The translations under genes and the position numbers were made by a program. A DNA stretch of 36,647 nt. It comes from a bacterium. GTDB lineage: Bacteria > RBG-13-61-14 > DATKZS01. How positions within the stretch are numbered: the stretch's first letter is position 1; every line of letters begins with the position of its first letter. Under the pieces are notes generated by a model. It saw nothing but the letters and a program-made list of their open reading frames with translations. It made no database searches and was not told where the DNA came from. The stretch covers positions 1-36,647 of the forward strand of contig JAWOBU010000086.1 of assembly GCA_046484135.1 (NCBI GenBank). The letters run 5' to 3'. Positions 1 to 9,566 of this stretch are shown here, in pieces.

Positions 1-576
1 GCCCAGCCAGGCGCCTTTCTTGATCCGGATGCCGAGCGCGGAAATGCCCTGCTCCCGGATGGACAGCTCGGAGTCCCCCCGGTCGTGGTTCACAGGAAGG
101 ACCATCACCCGCGGAGCTATGATGACCTTGTCCTCGATATACACGCCGCCCTGGCCCGTGATAATAGCGCCCATCCCGATAACGCAGTCCGGACCGATCT
201 CGATGCCGGAGCCGGAAAGACCGCGAAAGTTGTAAACGTGCAGAACAGCCCCCGTCATCACGCGGGTACGACTGCCTATGCGAAGTCCGCCCGGCCGGCC
301 GTGAAGATACGTGTCCCGGTCCAGGTAGGCGCCTTCATCTATCCGGATGTAAGACGAGCCCTGGATGCGCACGCCGCGCTCGCGGGCGAATGCGCCCGAC
401 CCGCCAAGGAAAAACCGGTCCCAACCGGAACGAAGGGCCATCCCCGGTAATCCCGGGACCCACGACCAGAGACCCAAAAGGTAATCACGGAAAAGACCGG
501 GGCCACTGCCGTGCGACGACTCTACGTACAATCTAAGCCGCGCCAAGACGCCCTCCGCTCGCGATTCCGGAAACAT
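1..576 (-). CDS. Hexapeptide-repeat (left-handed beta-helix) acyltransferase, 3' end runs off the window
   Basis: Not in the ORF track. Manual minus-strand translation from ATG at 576 is open to base 1: MFPESRAEG...IEIGPDCVIGMGAIITGQGGVYIEDKVIIAPRVMVLPVNH...IREQGISALGIRIKKGAWLG, typical of LbH sugar O-acetyltransferases. Confidence 0.88.
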   Translation of the reverse strand, partial: MFPESRAEGVLARLRLYVESSHGSGPGLFRDYLLGLWSWVPGLPGMALRSGWDRFFLGGSGAFARERGVRIQGSSYIRIDEGAYLDRDTYLHGRPGGLRIGSRTRVMTGAVLHVYNFRGLSGSGIEIGPDCVIGMGAIITGQGGVYIEDKVIIAPRVMVLPVNHDRGDSELSIREQGISALGIRIKKGAWLG

Positions 577-678
577 CAGTTAATTTTAACACGTTCTTTC
601 CAAGCCGATAAACACAGCATTGCCGGCAAAAGCCCGAAGCCGTCGGCACGCGATCTTTACATGAAGGTGATTGCCGGA

Positions 679-1728
679 TCAAACCTTCCGGCGGGGTTTA
701 ATTCCGGCCCGGCCTCGGGCCCATGCTTCTACCAGACCCAGCCACAGCCCGCACACGTTCACCAGGTGATGAACGAAAAGAGCGGCCGGCGAAAAAAGCA
801 CGTGCAGGGCCTTGGGCCTTTTCGACAGCGCGGAAAGCGCCATGCAAGAAACTACGTACAAAAGAACCAGCAGACCTAGCAAGCACCAGCTCCCTTGCGC
901 CATGAAAAGGACAACCAGGGCCAGGACCATGGGAGGCCCTGCCAGCGCCGCCCAGAAGCTCATGCTCCGGCTGTAGATGCCGGGCCGGGCCGCAAAAAGA
1001 CGGCCGCTCTGGCGCCGCAAACGAAAGCGTTGCGTAAGATATGGCATCCCAAAGGGGCGTCTTTTGTGAAACACGAAAAGATCGGGGTCGAACAGAAAGC
1101 TTTCCCCCTGTTTCGAGGCAAGGTAGAGAAACTCGGTGTCCTCGCCCCCGTAGCCCAGCGCTTCGTTAAACCCGCCCACGCTGTCGAAAGCGTCTTTCCG
1201 GACCATGAAGTTTACGAGGTGAATCTCGCCGGGCTTTGCCGGTGCCCGGCTTCCCCCGCCGCGATAGGCCCTGCTGCCGGCGCCCAGAAGCGGAGTGGTA
1301 AGCACCAGGTCGGTCAACAGCTCGAGGCCGGTCGAGTCCTCCGGCCGGAGGTTGGGCCCGCCGATTCCCGCGTAAACCGGATGGGCCTCCAGAAAGGATA
1401 TGCCCCTGTCCAGCCATTCCGGCGGAGCAAAGGCGTCATCGTCAATAAAGGCCAGGTACCTGCCGCGGGCCTCGCAGGCGGCAAGGTTGCGACGCAGCGC
1501 CGGGTTCCGGTCCTTGACGGAAAGCGGGTGCAAACGCGGGTCCCGCGCTACTTCACCGGACGAACCGTCAAGTGTGAGCGAACCCTCTACCTCGTCGCCT
1601 TCGTCTGCGCCTATTACGGCGATGATCTCGAAGCCGACCCCTGTCTGGCAGAGCAGAGAGGAAAGGCATGGCTCGAACCCGCCCCGGTCGAAAAGCACGA
1701 TAACCGAAACCAGCGGAGACTCCATCAC
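679..1728 (-). CDS. GT2-family glycosyltransferase with C-terminal membrane helices
   Basis: VSVIV start, RN...ARGRYLAFIDDDA (DxD), GGFNE...GEDTEF motifs; hydrophobic C-terminus; 4-bp overlap with upstream gene. Confidence 0.9.
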   Translation of the reverse strand: MMESPLVSVIVLFDRGGFEPCLSSLLCQTGVGFEIIAVIGADEGDEVEGSLTLDGSSGEVARDPRLHPLSVKDRNPALRRNLAACEARGRYLAFIDDDAFAPPEWLDRGISFLEAHPVYAGIGGPNLRPEDSTGLELLTDLVLTTPLLGAGSRAYRGGGSRAPAKPGEIHLVNFMVRKDAFDSVGGFNEALGYGGEDTEFLYLASKQGESFLFDPDLFVFHKRRPFGMPYLTQRFRLRRQSGRLFAARPGIYSRSMSFWAALAGPPMVLALVVLFMAQGSWCLLGLLVLLYVVSCMALSALSKRPKALHVLFSPAALFVHHLVNVCGLWLGLVEAWARGRAGIKPRRKV

Positions 1729-3143
1729 TTGTTGCCCCGGAGAAAGAGTATCCGCGAGCCCATCTTCGCGCCTTGGACCAGCCCGGGAAGACTGCGTACC
1801 CGCCGGAGCCGTCGCAGGACCACCCGGGGCTGCCTATAAAAAGACCGGTACATGCGGGCCAGCTCCTCGAGTATCTCATCCGAGCTAAGGTTTTCTTCCC
1901 AAACCGGCGGAGTGAAATCCGGCGATGGAGATTCCGCGAACTTCTGCCACACGTCTCTTTTTATGATCCCCTTTTCGAGTCCGGTCTTGTAAACAGGAGT
2001 GCCCGGAAAGGGTATGAGCGCCGAGAAATGGACGTAATCAGGATCGAGCTCCTTGGCGAGCTCCAGGGTCTTCTGCATGGACTCGCGGGTCTCGCCCGGC
2101 AGACCGACCATAAAGTAGGCCAGGGTTTCGAGACCGACCTCATGCGCCCATTTGAAAGCCTGCCGGGCCTGGTCCGCGGTGATGCCTTTGCGAAGGGAGC
2201 GCAGGATGTCCGGATCGCCCGACTCGACCCCGAAGTGAACCCGCGCAAGACCGGCCCGACGGCACAGCGCGTAATCCTCCTCTGAAAGGTCGCTCACCCG
2301 CGCGCGGATGTCCCAGTCTATTTTTATGCCCCGCGAAAGAATCGCATCGGCTATGGCCCGGACCCGCTCCGCGTCCGTGGTAAAGGTATCGTCATAAAAC
2401 ACGATCTCCCGGATGCCGGCCTCGGCGCAGGCTTCCATCTCGTCCGCCACCGACTCCGCGCTCTTGGACCGGAACCTCTTGCCGAGGTGCGGCCGGTCGC
2501 AGAACACGCACTTGTAGGGACATCCGCGGCTCGACATCATGGTGGTTATGGGCCGCTTGCCGGAGAGCACCGAGTGATACGCTGACAGGCGGGAGAGGTC
2601 CCGCGCCGGCATGGCGAGCGAGTCCAGGGAGTCAATGAAAGGAGCGATGTCTGGATGGCCTTTAGAACCGTTTTTCCACCAGAGCCCGGCGGGCGGATGA
2701 TGCCTGCTCTCCGGCCAGTCTTCTAAGAGTTTTCGGAAACCGTGTTCGCCTTCTCCCCGGAAGGCCGCGTCAAAGGGACCCAGCTTAAGGGTCTCTTCCG
2801 GGAACAGGTGCGGGTGGGGACCGCCGGCAACCACCACGCTCTCCGGCCGTGCCGCCTTTATGGCCATGGCAGTGTCCATGGCGTCCAACAGGCTGAAGGT
2901 CATTACCGTGATGCCGACAAGATCAAAAGCGCCTTCCCTGACCCGGAGCGCGATGTTGTCCGGCGAAAGCTCTTCCGCCTGCGCGTCAATCACCGAAACC
3001 TCGACCCCCGGAAGGTCCCGGACAAACCCCGCCAGGTAAAGAATGCCGAGCGGAGGAAAAAGCCCCCGCTCCTTTTCGATTTCGGGCGGCAGTATGCTTC
3101 GTATCGGCCGCCTCGAAGGCGGGTTTATAAGAAGGACCTTCAC
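1725..3143 (-). CDS. Cobalamin-binding radical SAM protein
   Basis: N-terminal B12-binding domain (KVLLINPP, PPLGILYLA, GGPHP), SRGCPYKCVFC (CxxxCxxC), YDDTF, GVESG, FMVGLPGET, PFPGT. Confidence 0.93.
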   Translation of the reverse strand: MKVLLINPPSRRPIRSILPPEIEKERGLFPPLGILYLAGFVRDLPGVEVSVIDAQAEELSPDNIALRVREGAFDLVGITVMTFSLLDAMDTAMAIKAARPESVVVAGGPHPHLFPEETLKLGPFDAAFRGEGEHGFRKLLEDWPESRHHPPAGLWWKNGSKGHPDIAPFIDSLDSLAMPARDLSRLSAYHSVLSGKRPITTMMSSRGCPYKCVFCDRPHLGKRFRSKSAESVADEMEACAEAGIREIVFYDDTFTTDAERVRAIADAILSRGIKIDWDIRARVSDLSEEDYALCRRAGLARVHFGVESGDPDILRSLRKGITADQARQAFKWAHEVGLETLAYFMVGLPGETRESMQKTLELAKELDPDYVHFSALIPFPGTPVYKTGLEKGIIKRDVWQKFAESPSPDFTPPVWEENLSSDEILEELARMYRSFYRQPRVVLRRLRRVRSLPGLVQGAKMGSRILFLRGNK

Positions 3144-4015
3144 GAGCGCCTCTTGGCTATGAGGTCTGCGAGCAGGCCGAGCACGAACACCTGCACCGCG
3201 CTGAGCAGAAAAACCACGGTGGTCACGTCCATGAATTTCCCCGCGGCAATGGAGCCGAACCCCACCAGGAGCGCAACCACAAGAAGAACCAGGGAAAGCG
3301 GCAGAAACACCTTCAAGGGATTGAAGTAAAGGAAGGTCCGGAGGATCAGGGTAAGCATGCCCAAAGTGTCCCGGAAGGGTCGCACCTTGGAGGACCCCGC
3401 CCGGGCGAAGTAATCAATGGGCACGTACTTGACCCGGGCGCCTTCCGAAAGGAGCACCAGGGTGATGGTCGAGGTAAAGGATATCCCGTCCGGAAGAAGA
3501 TGGAAGTAGCGCATGACCTGGTCGCGCTTCATGAGCCGGAGACCCGAGTTCAGGTCCGGCACCTGCATGTCACCCAGGAAGCGCAGAAGACGCAGTATGA
3601 ACGACTTGACCCACGTCCGGAGTAATGGCTCTTCCATCACGCCCGACCCGCGGGCGCCCACCACCATGTCGTACTCGCTCCCGTAAGAGATAAACTCGTC
3701 GAAGTGAGACGCCGGATAGGAGCCGTCCCCGTCAATGATCATAACAGTGCCCGAGCGGGCCTCCCTGATGCCCGTCTTTAAAGCGGCGCCATAGCCCTGG
3801 TTCTCCTGGTGCCGAATCAGCCGGATGTCGCCCGCGTCCGCCCGGCGGGAAAGTATGTCCGAGCTGCCGTCCGTGCTCGCGTCGTCCACCGCCACTATCT
3901 CGTAAGAAGACCGTGTGCCCGACTCTCGAATCGAGTCAATCACGCCGTCCACTGACTCGAACTCGTTGTAAACGGGCATTACTATGGAAAGCTCGATGCG
4001 TTCCTCGTCCTTCAT
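3140..4015 (-). CDS. GT2 glycosyltransferase, polyprenol-phosphate sugar synthase (DPM1-like) type
   Basis: SIVMPVYNE, VDDASTD, NQGYGAALKTG, IDGDGSY, DMVVGAR, DLNSGLR, R.GSSK; two C-terminal TM helices. Confidence 0.9.
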   Translation of the reverse strand: MKDEERIELSIVMPVYNEFESVDGVIDSIRESGTRSSYEIVAVDDASTDGSSDILSRRADAGDIRLIRHQENQGYGAALKTGIREARSGTVMIIDGDGSYPASHFDEFISYGSEYDMVVGARGSGVMEEPLLRTWVKSFILRLLRFLGDMQVPDLNSGLRLMKRDQVMRYFHLLPDGISFTSTITLVLLSEGARVKYVPIDYFARAGSSKVRPFRDTLGMLTLILRTFLYFNPLKVFLPLSLVLLVVALLVGFGSIAAGKFMDVTTVVFLLSAVQVFVLGLLADLIAKRRS

Positions 4016-4036
4016 GTTCTGCCGCCTCTCCAGGTT

Positions 4037-5965
4037 CTATTTCTCCGGCTTCCGGCTTACGAGCGGCGAAAGCCACCAGGCGTCGTCAAAAGCGCCGGAC
4101 AGCCGGGGACCGGGAGTTGTTAAAAGCTGAAGCCTTGCCGGGCTTTTTATGAACCGCACCGCAGTATGGCCTGCCGCCGCGGGGTCGCCGTCTCTCAAGT
4201 GCCGGAAGTAAACCAGCTCGTGCTCGACTGTCGCTTGTCCGTTCTTGTTTCTATTGTAAGACACCAGGGCCATGAAATCAGCGCCGTCGGAGCGCGCAAA
4301 GGGGAAAGAGTGCACAATCGCGGGTTGGAGGGCCACTTGCCTGGTCGCGGGAGGAAGGGTTATGGACAGCATTGAGCCGCGGGGTCCGGGATGCTGGCGG
4401 ATCGCGTAAACCGGCCATCCCTGTCGGGCCGCGGTTTCCACCGGAGCAGCTTCTCTTCCCGGCATGATATACTTGGACACCGGCTGGCGGTAGTTTGATC
4501 CCGCCTTTTTGTTCTCCACCTGAAGGTACTCGCGGGTGCCGTGCTCCCTGCTTTTTCCGTAAACGTCTTCCCGAAGATACATCCGTTCTCCCGGCAATGA
4601 GAAAACACGGACGTACTCCTCCCTTTTTCGGCTTACGAGCTCTTTGTATCTTTGGACTTCGTAGCGGTCGAGGTCCAGGTGGACAAGCTCGGGGCTGTGT
4701 TCGAGTATATACCTGTCCATGGCCGCTGACACCGGGTGGGCGGTTTCTGCGCCTGCGTAGAACTTCCAGGCGCCGGCGGCCGAGGTTGAGAAAGCGGTTT
4801 CTATCTCGGGCAGGAGCGCGGAATTGGCCATGCCGTAGTAGCCGGGGTTCCGGTCGTTCGAAAGGATCACGTCCCTGCCGGCAAACACCAGGAAAACCGC
4901 GGCCAAAGCGATAAGACGCAAGCCCCGCTGCGACAGGGCCAGGTAAAGCCCGAACACGACCAAGGGCACGAAGTAAAGAAGATACACGTAATGGCGACAG
5001 ACGAGCTGGAACGCGGACAAAAGAAGCAGGACCGAGAAGACGAGGAAAAACAGAAAGGCCTCTCGTGCGGGGTTTAAGTCATGTCCATCAGCCGGGCTCT
5101 CTTTTACGGTGTTGTTTGCAAGTTTTCCTCGAACCAGGAGTAAAAGGCACCAGGCCAGGCCGGCGGCCGCTATCACCGCGGCAGGCGTTCCCAGGACGCC
5201 GATAAGATGCTCGCCGAGCCCGCTCCACAGGGAAGAGGAAAACAGGCCGGCGGGGTTCGCCCTCTCTTGCGCGTGAGAGAACACTGCGGCCTCGCCCGCC
5301 ACCATGTACTGGTAGAGCTGTAAAAGAAAAAAGAACACAACCTCGAAGCCGAAAACAAACAAAAGCCGTCTGCGCAAAACGGGCGCCTTCCACTTCACCA
5401 TCAAAAGAGCGGGCACGGCAAGATAGACCGGCCAGTCAATCAGCATTCCAGCCGCAACCGCGGGCAGTAAAAGCCAAAGCCCGGCCTCCCTTCTCAAGAC
5501 CAGCCAGGCAATAAAAGAGATCATGAGTATGGACAGCGGCTCATAGTTGGTGGTGGTCGAAAGCAGAAATGACACCGGGAAAGCAAAGCCCAGCACAAGT
5601 ATGGCAAACCCCCGAGGGGCTTCCTTGCCTGCCAAAGACCGCCAGAGCAAGACGGAGCTGAAAAAAACCACCAGCGAGAACAGCCGGGTTACGGCTTCGT
5701 GTACGCCGAAAACCTGGTAGAGACCCGCATAGACGATGTGCAGTAGCGGCGGATGGGCGGTATGGTAGAAGTGCTCACCGGCCATGTCCGCGATAACCGG
5801 CAAGAGCCGGTTCTCCAGGATGCCGTTCTCGAGATGGTGTAGTGCGATGGCTTCCTGGAAAGCTGTCTCGAAGGGAAGCACAAAAGGACCCAGCAAGGCC
5901 TTGCCCCGAAGCAGGACAAAAGCGGCAAGCACTAATCCGGCAATGAGCCAGTCCCGGAGCTTCAT
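4037..5965 (-). CDS. Multi-pass membrane protein, probable GT-C fold (ArnT/PMT-like) glycosyltransferase with soluble C-terminal domain
   Basis: HPPL motif followed by FGVHEAVTRLFSL, about 10 or more hydrophobic segments, RHYVYL late loop, polar C-terminal domain; sits beside a DPM1-like GT2. Confidence 0.7.
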   Translation of the reverse strand: MKLRDWLIAGLVLAAFVLLRGKALLGPFVLPFETAFQEAIALHHLENGILENRLLPVIADMAGEHFYHTAHPPLLHIVYAGLYQVFGVHEAVTRLFSLVVFFSSVLLWRSLAGKEAPRGFAILVLGFAFPVSFLLSTTTNYEPLSILMISFIAWLVLRREAGLWLLLPAVAAGMLIDWPVYLAVPALLMVKWKAPVLRRRLLFVFGFEVVFFFLLQLYQYMVAGEAAVFSHAQERANPAGLFSSSLWSGLGEHLIGVLGTPAAVIAAAGLAWCLLLLVRGKLANNTVKESPADGHDLNPAREAFLFFLVFSVLLLLSAFQLVCRHYVYLLYFVPLVVFGLYLALSQRGLRLIALAAVFLVFAGRDVILSNDRNPGYYGMANSALLPEIETAFSTSAAGAWKFYAGAETAHPVSAAMDRYILEHSPELVHLDLDRYEVQRYKELVSRKREEYVRVFSLPGERMYLREDVYGKSREHGTREYLQVENKKAGSNYRQPVSKYIMPGREAAPVETAARQGWPVYAIRQHPGPRGSMLSITLPPATRQVALQPAIVHSFPFARSDGADFMALVSYNRNKNGQATVEHELVYFRHLRDGDPAAAGHTAVRFIKSPARLQLLTTPGPRLSGAFDDAWWLSPLVSRKPEK

Positions 5966-5977
5966 GCACCCTTTCCT

Positions 5978-6883
5978 TCAATCCGAGTAAAAATAATCGC
6001 GGAAACGCGTAAGGCCCTCTTCCAGGCCTACGGCGGGAGTATAACCCGTCAGCTCCTGTAAATGAGAGATGTCCAGGACGTTCTCCATGACGTCGCTTTT
6101 CCGGAGAGGCTCCTCTACGAGATTGACACGGCCTCCGGCGATCTTTTCCACCATCTTTATAAGACCGGACAACGAGGTCCCCCTGCCGGTGCCGATGTTC
6201 ACCGTCTCGTTGCAAGCGCCTGTTTCACAAAGCAGTCGTATGCTCTCGGCCACGTCCTCGATGTAAACGTAGTCGCGCACGGTAATTCCTCCGCCGAAAA
6301 TCCTCACCACGGTGTTGTCTCGTACAGCCCGGAACAGTGCGGGCACGATCCCGTGGCTGTTGGACAGCTCCTGCAAAGGCCCGTAGGGGTTCCCGATTCG
6401 CAGGATGATATGGGGCACGCCGCTTTTATAGGTTGTAACGCGGGTAAAGTGCTCCATGGCCAGCTTGGCGATGCCGTAGTTTGAGATGGGCATCTCCTTT
6501 TCGGACTCCGGTATGGGGAACTCGGCGGCGTTGCCGTAGACCTGTCCGCCGCTGGACGAGTAGACAACAAGGCCGGCGCCTTTTTCCGCGATCGTCTCCA
6601 GGACCCGGATGTAAGGGATCACGTTCTCGACAAGCTCGGCAGCGGGGTCGGACATGGACTCAGCCGGGATGCTCGAATGGAAAAGATGGACCACCGTGTC
6701 GCCCTCTTCCACCACATGCGAGATGACCGCCGGGTCCCGCGCGTCAGCGGCGACCGAACCGTGCACGTCCTCCACTGCGCCCTTCCGGTCAACCACGTAT
6801 ACGGTCCGGCCCGCAGAAACAAGCGAGCGGCAGACCCACCGGCCGATAAATCCGGAACCTCCCAGTACGACTGTCTTGCTCAT
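5978..6883 (-). CDS. NAD-dependent epimerase/dehydratase (extended SDR)
   Basis: GGSGFIG Rossmann motif, SSGGQVYG, YGIAK (YxxxK), RIGNPYGP, RDYVYIEDVA. Confidence 0.93.
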   Translation of the reverse strand: MSKTVVLGGSGFIGRWVCRSLVSAGRTVYVVDRKGAVEDVHGSVAADARDPAVISHVVEEGDTVVHLFHSSIPAESMSDPAAELVENVIPYIRVLETIAEKGAGLVVYSSSGGQVYGNAAEFPIPESEKEMPISNYGIAKLAMEHFTRVTTYKSGVPHIILRIGNPYGPLQELSNSHGIVPALFRAVRDNTVVRIFGGGITVRDYVYIEDVAESIRLLCETGACNETVNIGTGRGTSLSGLIKMVEKIAGGRVNLVEEPLRKSDVMENVLDISHLQELTGYTPAVGLEEGLTRFRDYFYSD

Positions 6884-6950
6884 GAAAAATGTGAACTCTT
6901 TCCACCAGCGATTTTTCCCCGAAAGCCGGCTGATGCCACTCTAACCCGGA

Positions 6951-8264
6951 TCATCCGTTTCTTCCAACAGGTCGGGGGTTCCGCTGTATTACGCAGGCCT
7001 CGTAACCCTTTGCCAGGTAGTCGGCCTGGTCCCGGATGTCGGTGACCCCGCTCTCTCCGGAGGAAGAGCCTGCATCTTTGACCAGGGAAACCGCGCGGGA
7101 AAGCGCGCGGCAAAGATCGGAGGCGTCGCCCGACTTGAACCGGACCAGCCCCCGCTTGTTCTCGGGCTCGGCGATGATCCCCGGCTGGTCCGAGGTCACG
7201 GCAACGGTGCCGGTCGCGAGTGCGTACTTTACGATCAAGGGGCAGTTCTCTTCCCAGGTGGAGGGGACCACCAGCACGTCTATGTCCTCGAGCACTTGGT
7301 TCATGTCGCTGAAGTCGAAAGTGCCCCGGAAGCTGGTGCGGGGGCCGGGCAGCTCTATCGAGTTGTAGTACTCCTCTGCTCCCGGGTCGGAAAGGCTCCC
7401 GTAAATCAATAGCCGCCATTCTCCTTCCAGTCCGGGCAGGGCCTCGGCAAGCACGTGCAGTCCTTTGTGGGGAAGGAGCTGTCCCACGAACCCGAGCCGG
7501 ACTTCGGATGACTCGCTCTTCCGGTGGCCGGCAAAGGGAGCGGTGTCAATGCCGTAGTCCATGACAGTGAAGTTGCCTCGAAAGCCGGCCTTCGAGTATC
7601 GCTCGCGGCAGTTCTGGTTTGGAAAGATCACCCGGTCGGCGCTCGTGAAGGCTTTTTTTATTGCATCGAGTCTTCTCATTAAAAGCTGAAGTTCCGGCCG
7701 GCTTGTGACCGGAACAATGGAAGGCGGCACGATCTCGCGCAGGAGACGGTCTATTCTGCTATGCCCTTCCACAAAGGTCCGGCCGAAAAGGCACCATGCA
7801 CAGCGGAGGGCCCGGCGGGGACCTTTGCACGTCCGTCCTTCCCGGTCAATAAGCTGTCCGCGCGGACAGATGCCGGAGAAGTCGGTAACCGTGATGTAAA
7901 GACAAGAGCCCTGCTCGAACACTCTTAGCGGCAGGCTTAGGGGAAGGCCGCCCGCGAAGTAAATAAAGTGGACCAGGTCCGGGCGGACCTCCTGCAACAC
8001 CTCCTGGAAGGACTTTTCCAGCCCGGGGTGAAAGAAGTAGGTTTCCGGTTCCGAGGGGTCCGGGTTGACGCGAGCGCGGTAAACCTTTATCCCCTCGAAC
8101 TCGGCGTGTTCCAGGCTGACATCTTCTGCCGCGGCATCATCCGCCAGGTGAAACAGAAAGGTCTGGTGATATGAAGCCATGGACCGGGCGAGCTCCATGG
8201 CGTAAATCTCGGTGCCCCTCCAGTGGAAAGGCGGAAAAGAGTGGACGATGTATAAGACTTTCAT
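6951..8264 (-). CDS. GT4-family glycosyltransferase
   Basis: KVLYIVHSFPP...GTE, GFVGQLLPHKGLHVL, DVLVVPSTWEENCPL; Cys-rich insert. Confidence 0.88.
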   Translation of the reverse strand: MKVLYIVHSFPPFHWRGTEIYAMELARSMASYHQTFLFHLADDAAAEDVSLEHAEFEGIKVYRARVNPDPSEPETYFFHPGLEKSFQEVLQEVRPDLVHFIYFAGGLPLSLPLRVFEQGSCLYITVTDFSGICPRGQLIDREGRTCKGPRRALRCAWCLFGRTFVEGHSRIDRLLREIVPPSIVPVTSRPELQLLMRRLDAIKKAFTSADRVIFPNQNCRERYSKAGFRGNFTVMDYGIDTAPFAGHRKSESSEVRLGFVGQLLPHKGLHVLAEALPGLEGEWRLLIYGSLSDPGAEEYYNSIELPGPRTSFRGTFDFSDMNQVLEDIDVLVVPSTWEENCPLIVKYALATGTVAVTSDQPGIIAEPENKRGLVRFKSGDASDLCRALSRAVSLVKDAGSSSGESGVTDIRDQADYLAKGYEACVIQRNPRPVGRNG

Positions 8265-8406
8265 GGCCTGATTTCAATAATCCTTGCGAGCATTACGGGC
8301 AGGCAAGGACATTTTAAGGCGGGGTAATATCACCAGTCAACCGGGGCGTGGCATTAACTCGACCCGGCAAGTGGAAGAAAAGGGGAAGGGGAAGGTCAGG
8401 TGCTCC

Positions 8407-8422
8407 TGTGAACAAAGTCAAA
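8407..8422. promoter_or_regulatory. Possible CRP/FNR-family binding site
   Basis: TGTGA-ACAAAG-TCAAA, one mismatch from TGTGA-N6-TCACA, in the divergent intergenic region about 90 bp upstream of the predicted TSUP transcription start. Confidence 0.35.
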
Positions 8423-8470
8423 CCCTGGAGAATCCTCTTTCATCTCGCATCCCCGAGCTCGAAAAATTCT

Positions 8471-8499
8471 TTGACTGGCAGGTGGGGTTCCAATATAAT
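8471..8499 (+). promoter_or_regulatory. Sigma70-type promoter for the TSUP operon
   Basis: TTGACT-17 bp-TATAAT; RBS AAGGAGGT precedes the GTG at 8598. Confidence 0.75.
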
Positions 8500-8597
8500 A
8501 TGCTAAGCTTTTTTCGAGCCTGGATCAGTAAACCGGTTACAGGAAGGCATTAAGATTTTCCGATGCAGTTGGTTCTCCCGGTAAGGAGGTTATTTGA

Positions 8598-9551
8598 GTG
8601 TTAGAAAGAAAGAAAGAAGTACTTTTCGGGGTTCTGTTGGGGCTTGCGTTTATCGTGATAACCGAGCCCCTGTTCGCCCAGGCGGGAGGCATGGAAGCCG
8701 GCGGCAGCCAGATCCCGTGGTGGTTCTGGCCATTGGTGCTGTTCTTCTTCTGTTTTGTCCTGGGCATTTTTGCGGTGCTGGCCGGCGTGGGCGGAGGAGT
8801 TCTTTACGTTCCGCTTGTGAGCGGGCTGTTTCCTTTCCATCTCGACTTCGTCCGGGGCGCCGGTCTGCTGGTGGCGCTTTCAGGCGCCCTGGCTGCGGGT
8901 CCGGGCCTTTTGCGGCGCAACCTGGCCAACCTTCGGCTGGCGCTTCCATTGGCGGTGATCGCATCTACCTTTTCGATCATAGGGGCCTTCGTGGGACTGG
9001 CGCTTCCGACCAACATCGTGCAGATACTTCTGGGGGCCACCATTATTTTCATCGCCGGTCTTCTTTTGTTCTCGAAGAACGTGGAGCGGCCGGAGGTCAA
9101 GAAACAGGACGCCCTGGGAAGTGCTTTGGGCATGTCGGGGCTTTGCTTTGAAGAGTCCACCCAGGAGATAATTGACTGGAAAACGCACCGGACCCTGGCC
9201 GGCTTTCTGCTTTTCATGGTCATCGGGCTGGTGGCCGGCATGTTCGGACTGGGAGCGGGCTGGGCCAATGTTCCGGTGATGAACCTGCTTATGGGGACCC
9301 CTTTGAAGATCGCGGTGGGGACCAGCAAGTTCCTGCTCTCCATTACCGACACTTCAGCGGCCTGGATCTACATGAACAAGGGTTGCGTCATTCCGCTCAT
9401 GGCGGTGCCGTCCATTGTGGGTCTCATGCTGGGCTCTTTCGTGGGCGTTCGTATCCTGGCCAAGATCAAGCCCAAGGCCATCCGCTACATAGTCATCGGA
9501 GTGCTGATATTCGCCGGCGTCCGGGCCTTTTTAAAAGGCCTCGGGATTTAA
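8598..9551 (+). CDS. Sulfite exporter TauE/SafE (TSUP) family permease
   Basis: Two repeats AVLAGVGGGVLYVP and AGMFGLGAGWANVP, P.KIAVGTS, multiple TM helices. Confidence 0.92.
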   Translation: MLERKKEVLFGVLLGLAFIVITEPLFAQAGGMEAGGSQIPWWFWPLVLFFFCFVLGIFAVLAGVGGGVLYVPLVSGLFPFHLDFVRGAGLLVALSGALAAGPGLLRRNLANLRLALPLAVIASTFSIIGAFVGLALPTNIVQILLGATIIFIAGLLLFSKNVERPEVKKQDALGSALGMSGLCFEESTQEIIDWKTHRTLAGFLLFMVIGLVAGMFGLGAGWANVPVMNLLMGTPLKIAVGTSKFLLSITDTSAAWIYMNKGCVIPLMAVPSIVGLMLGSFVGVRILAKIKPKAIRYIVIGVLIFAGVRAFLKGLGI

Positions 9552-9566
9552 GCCGGAGGAGGTGTA

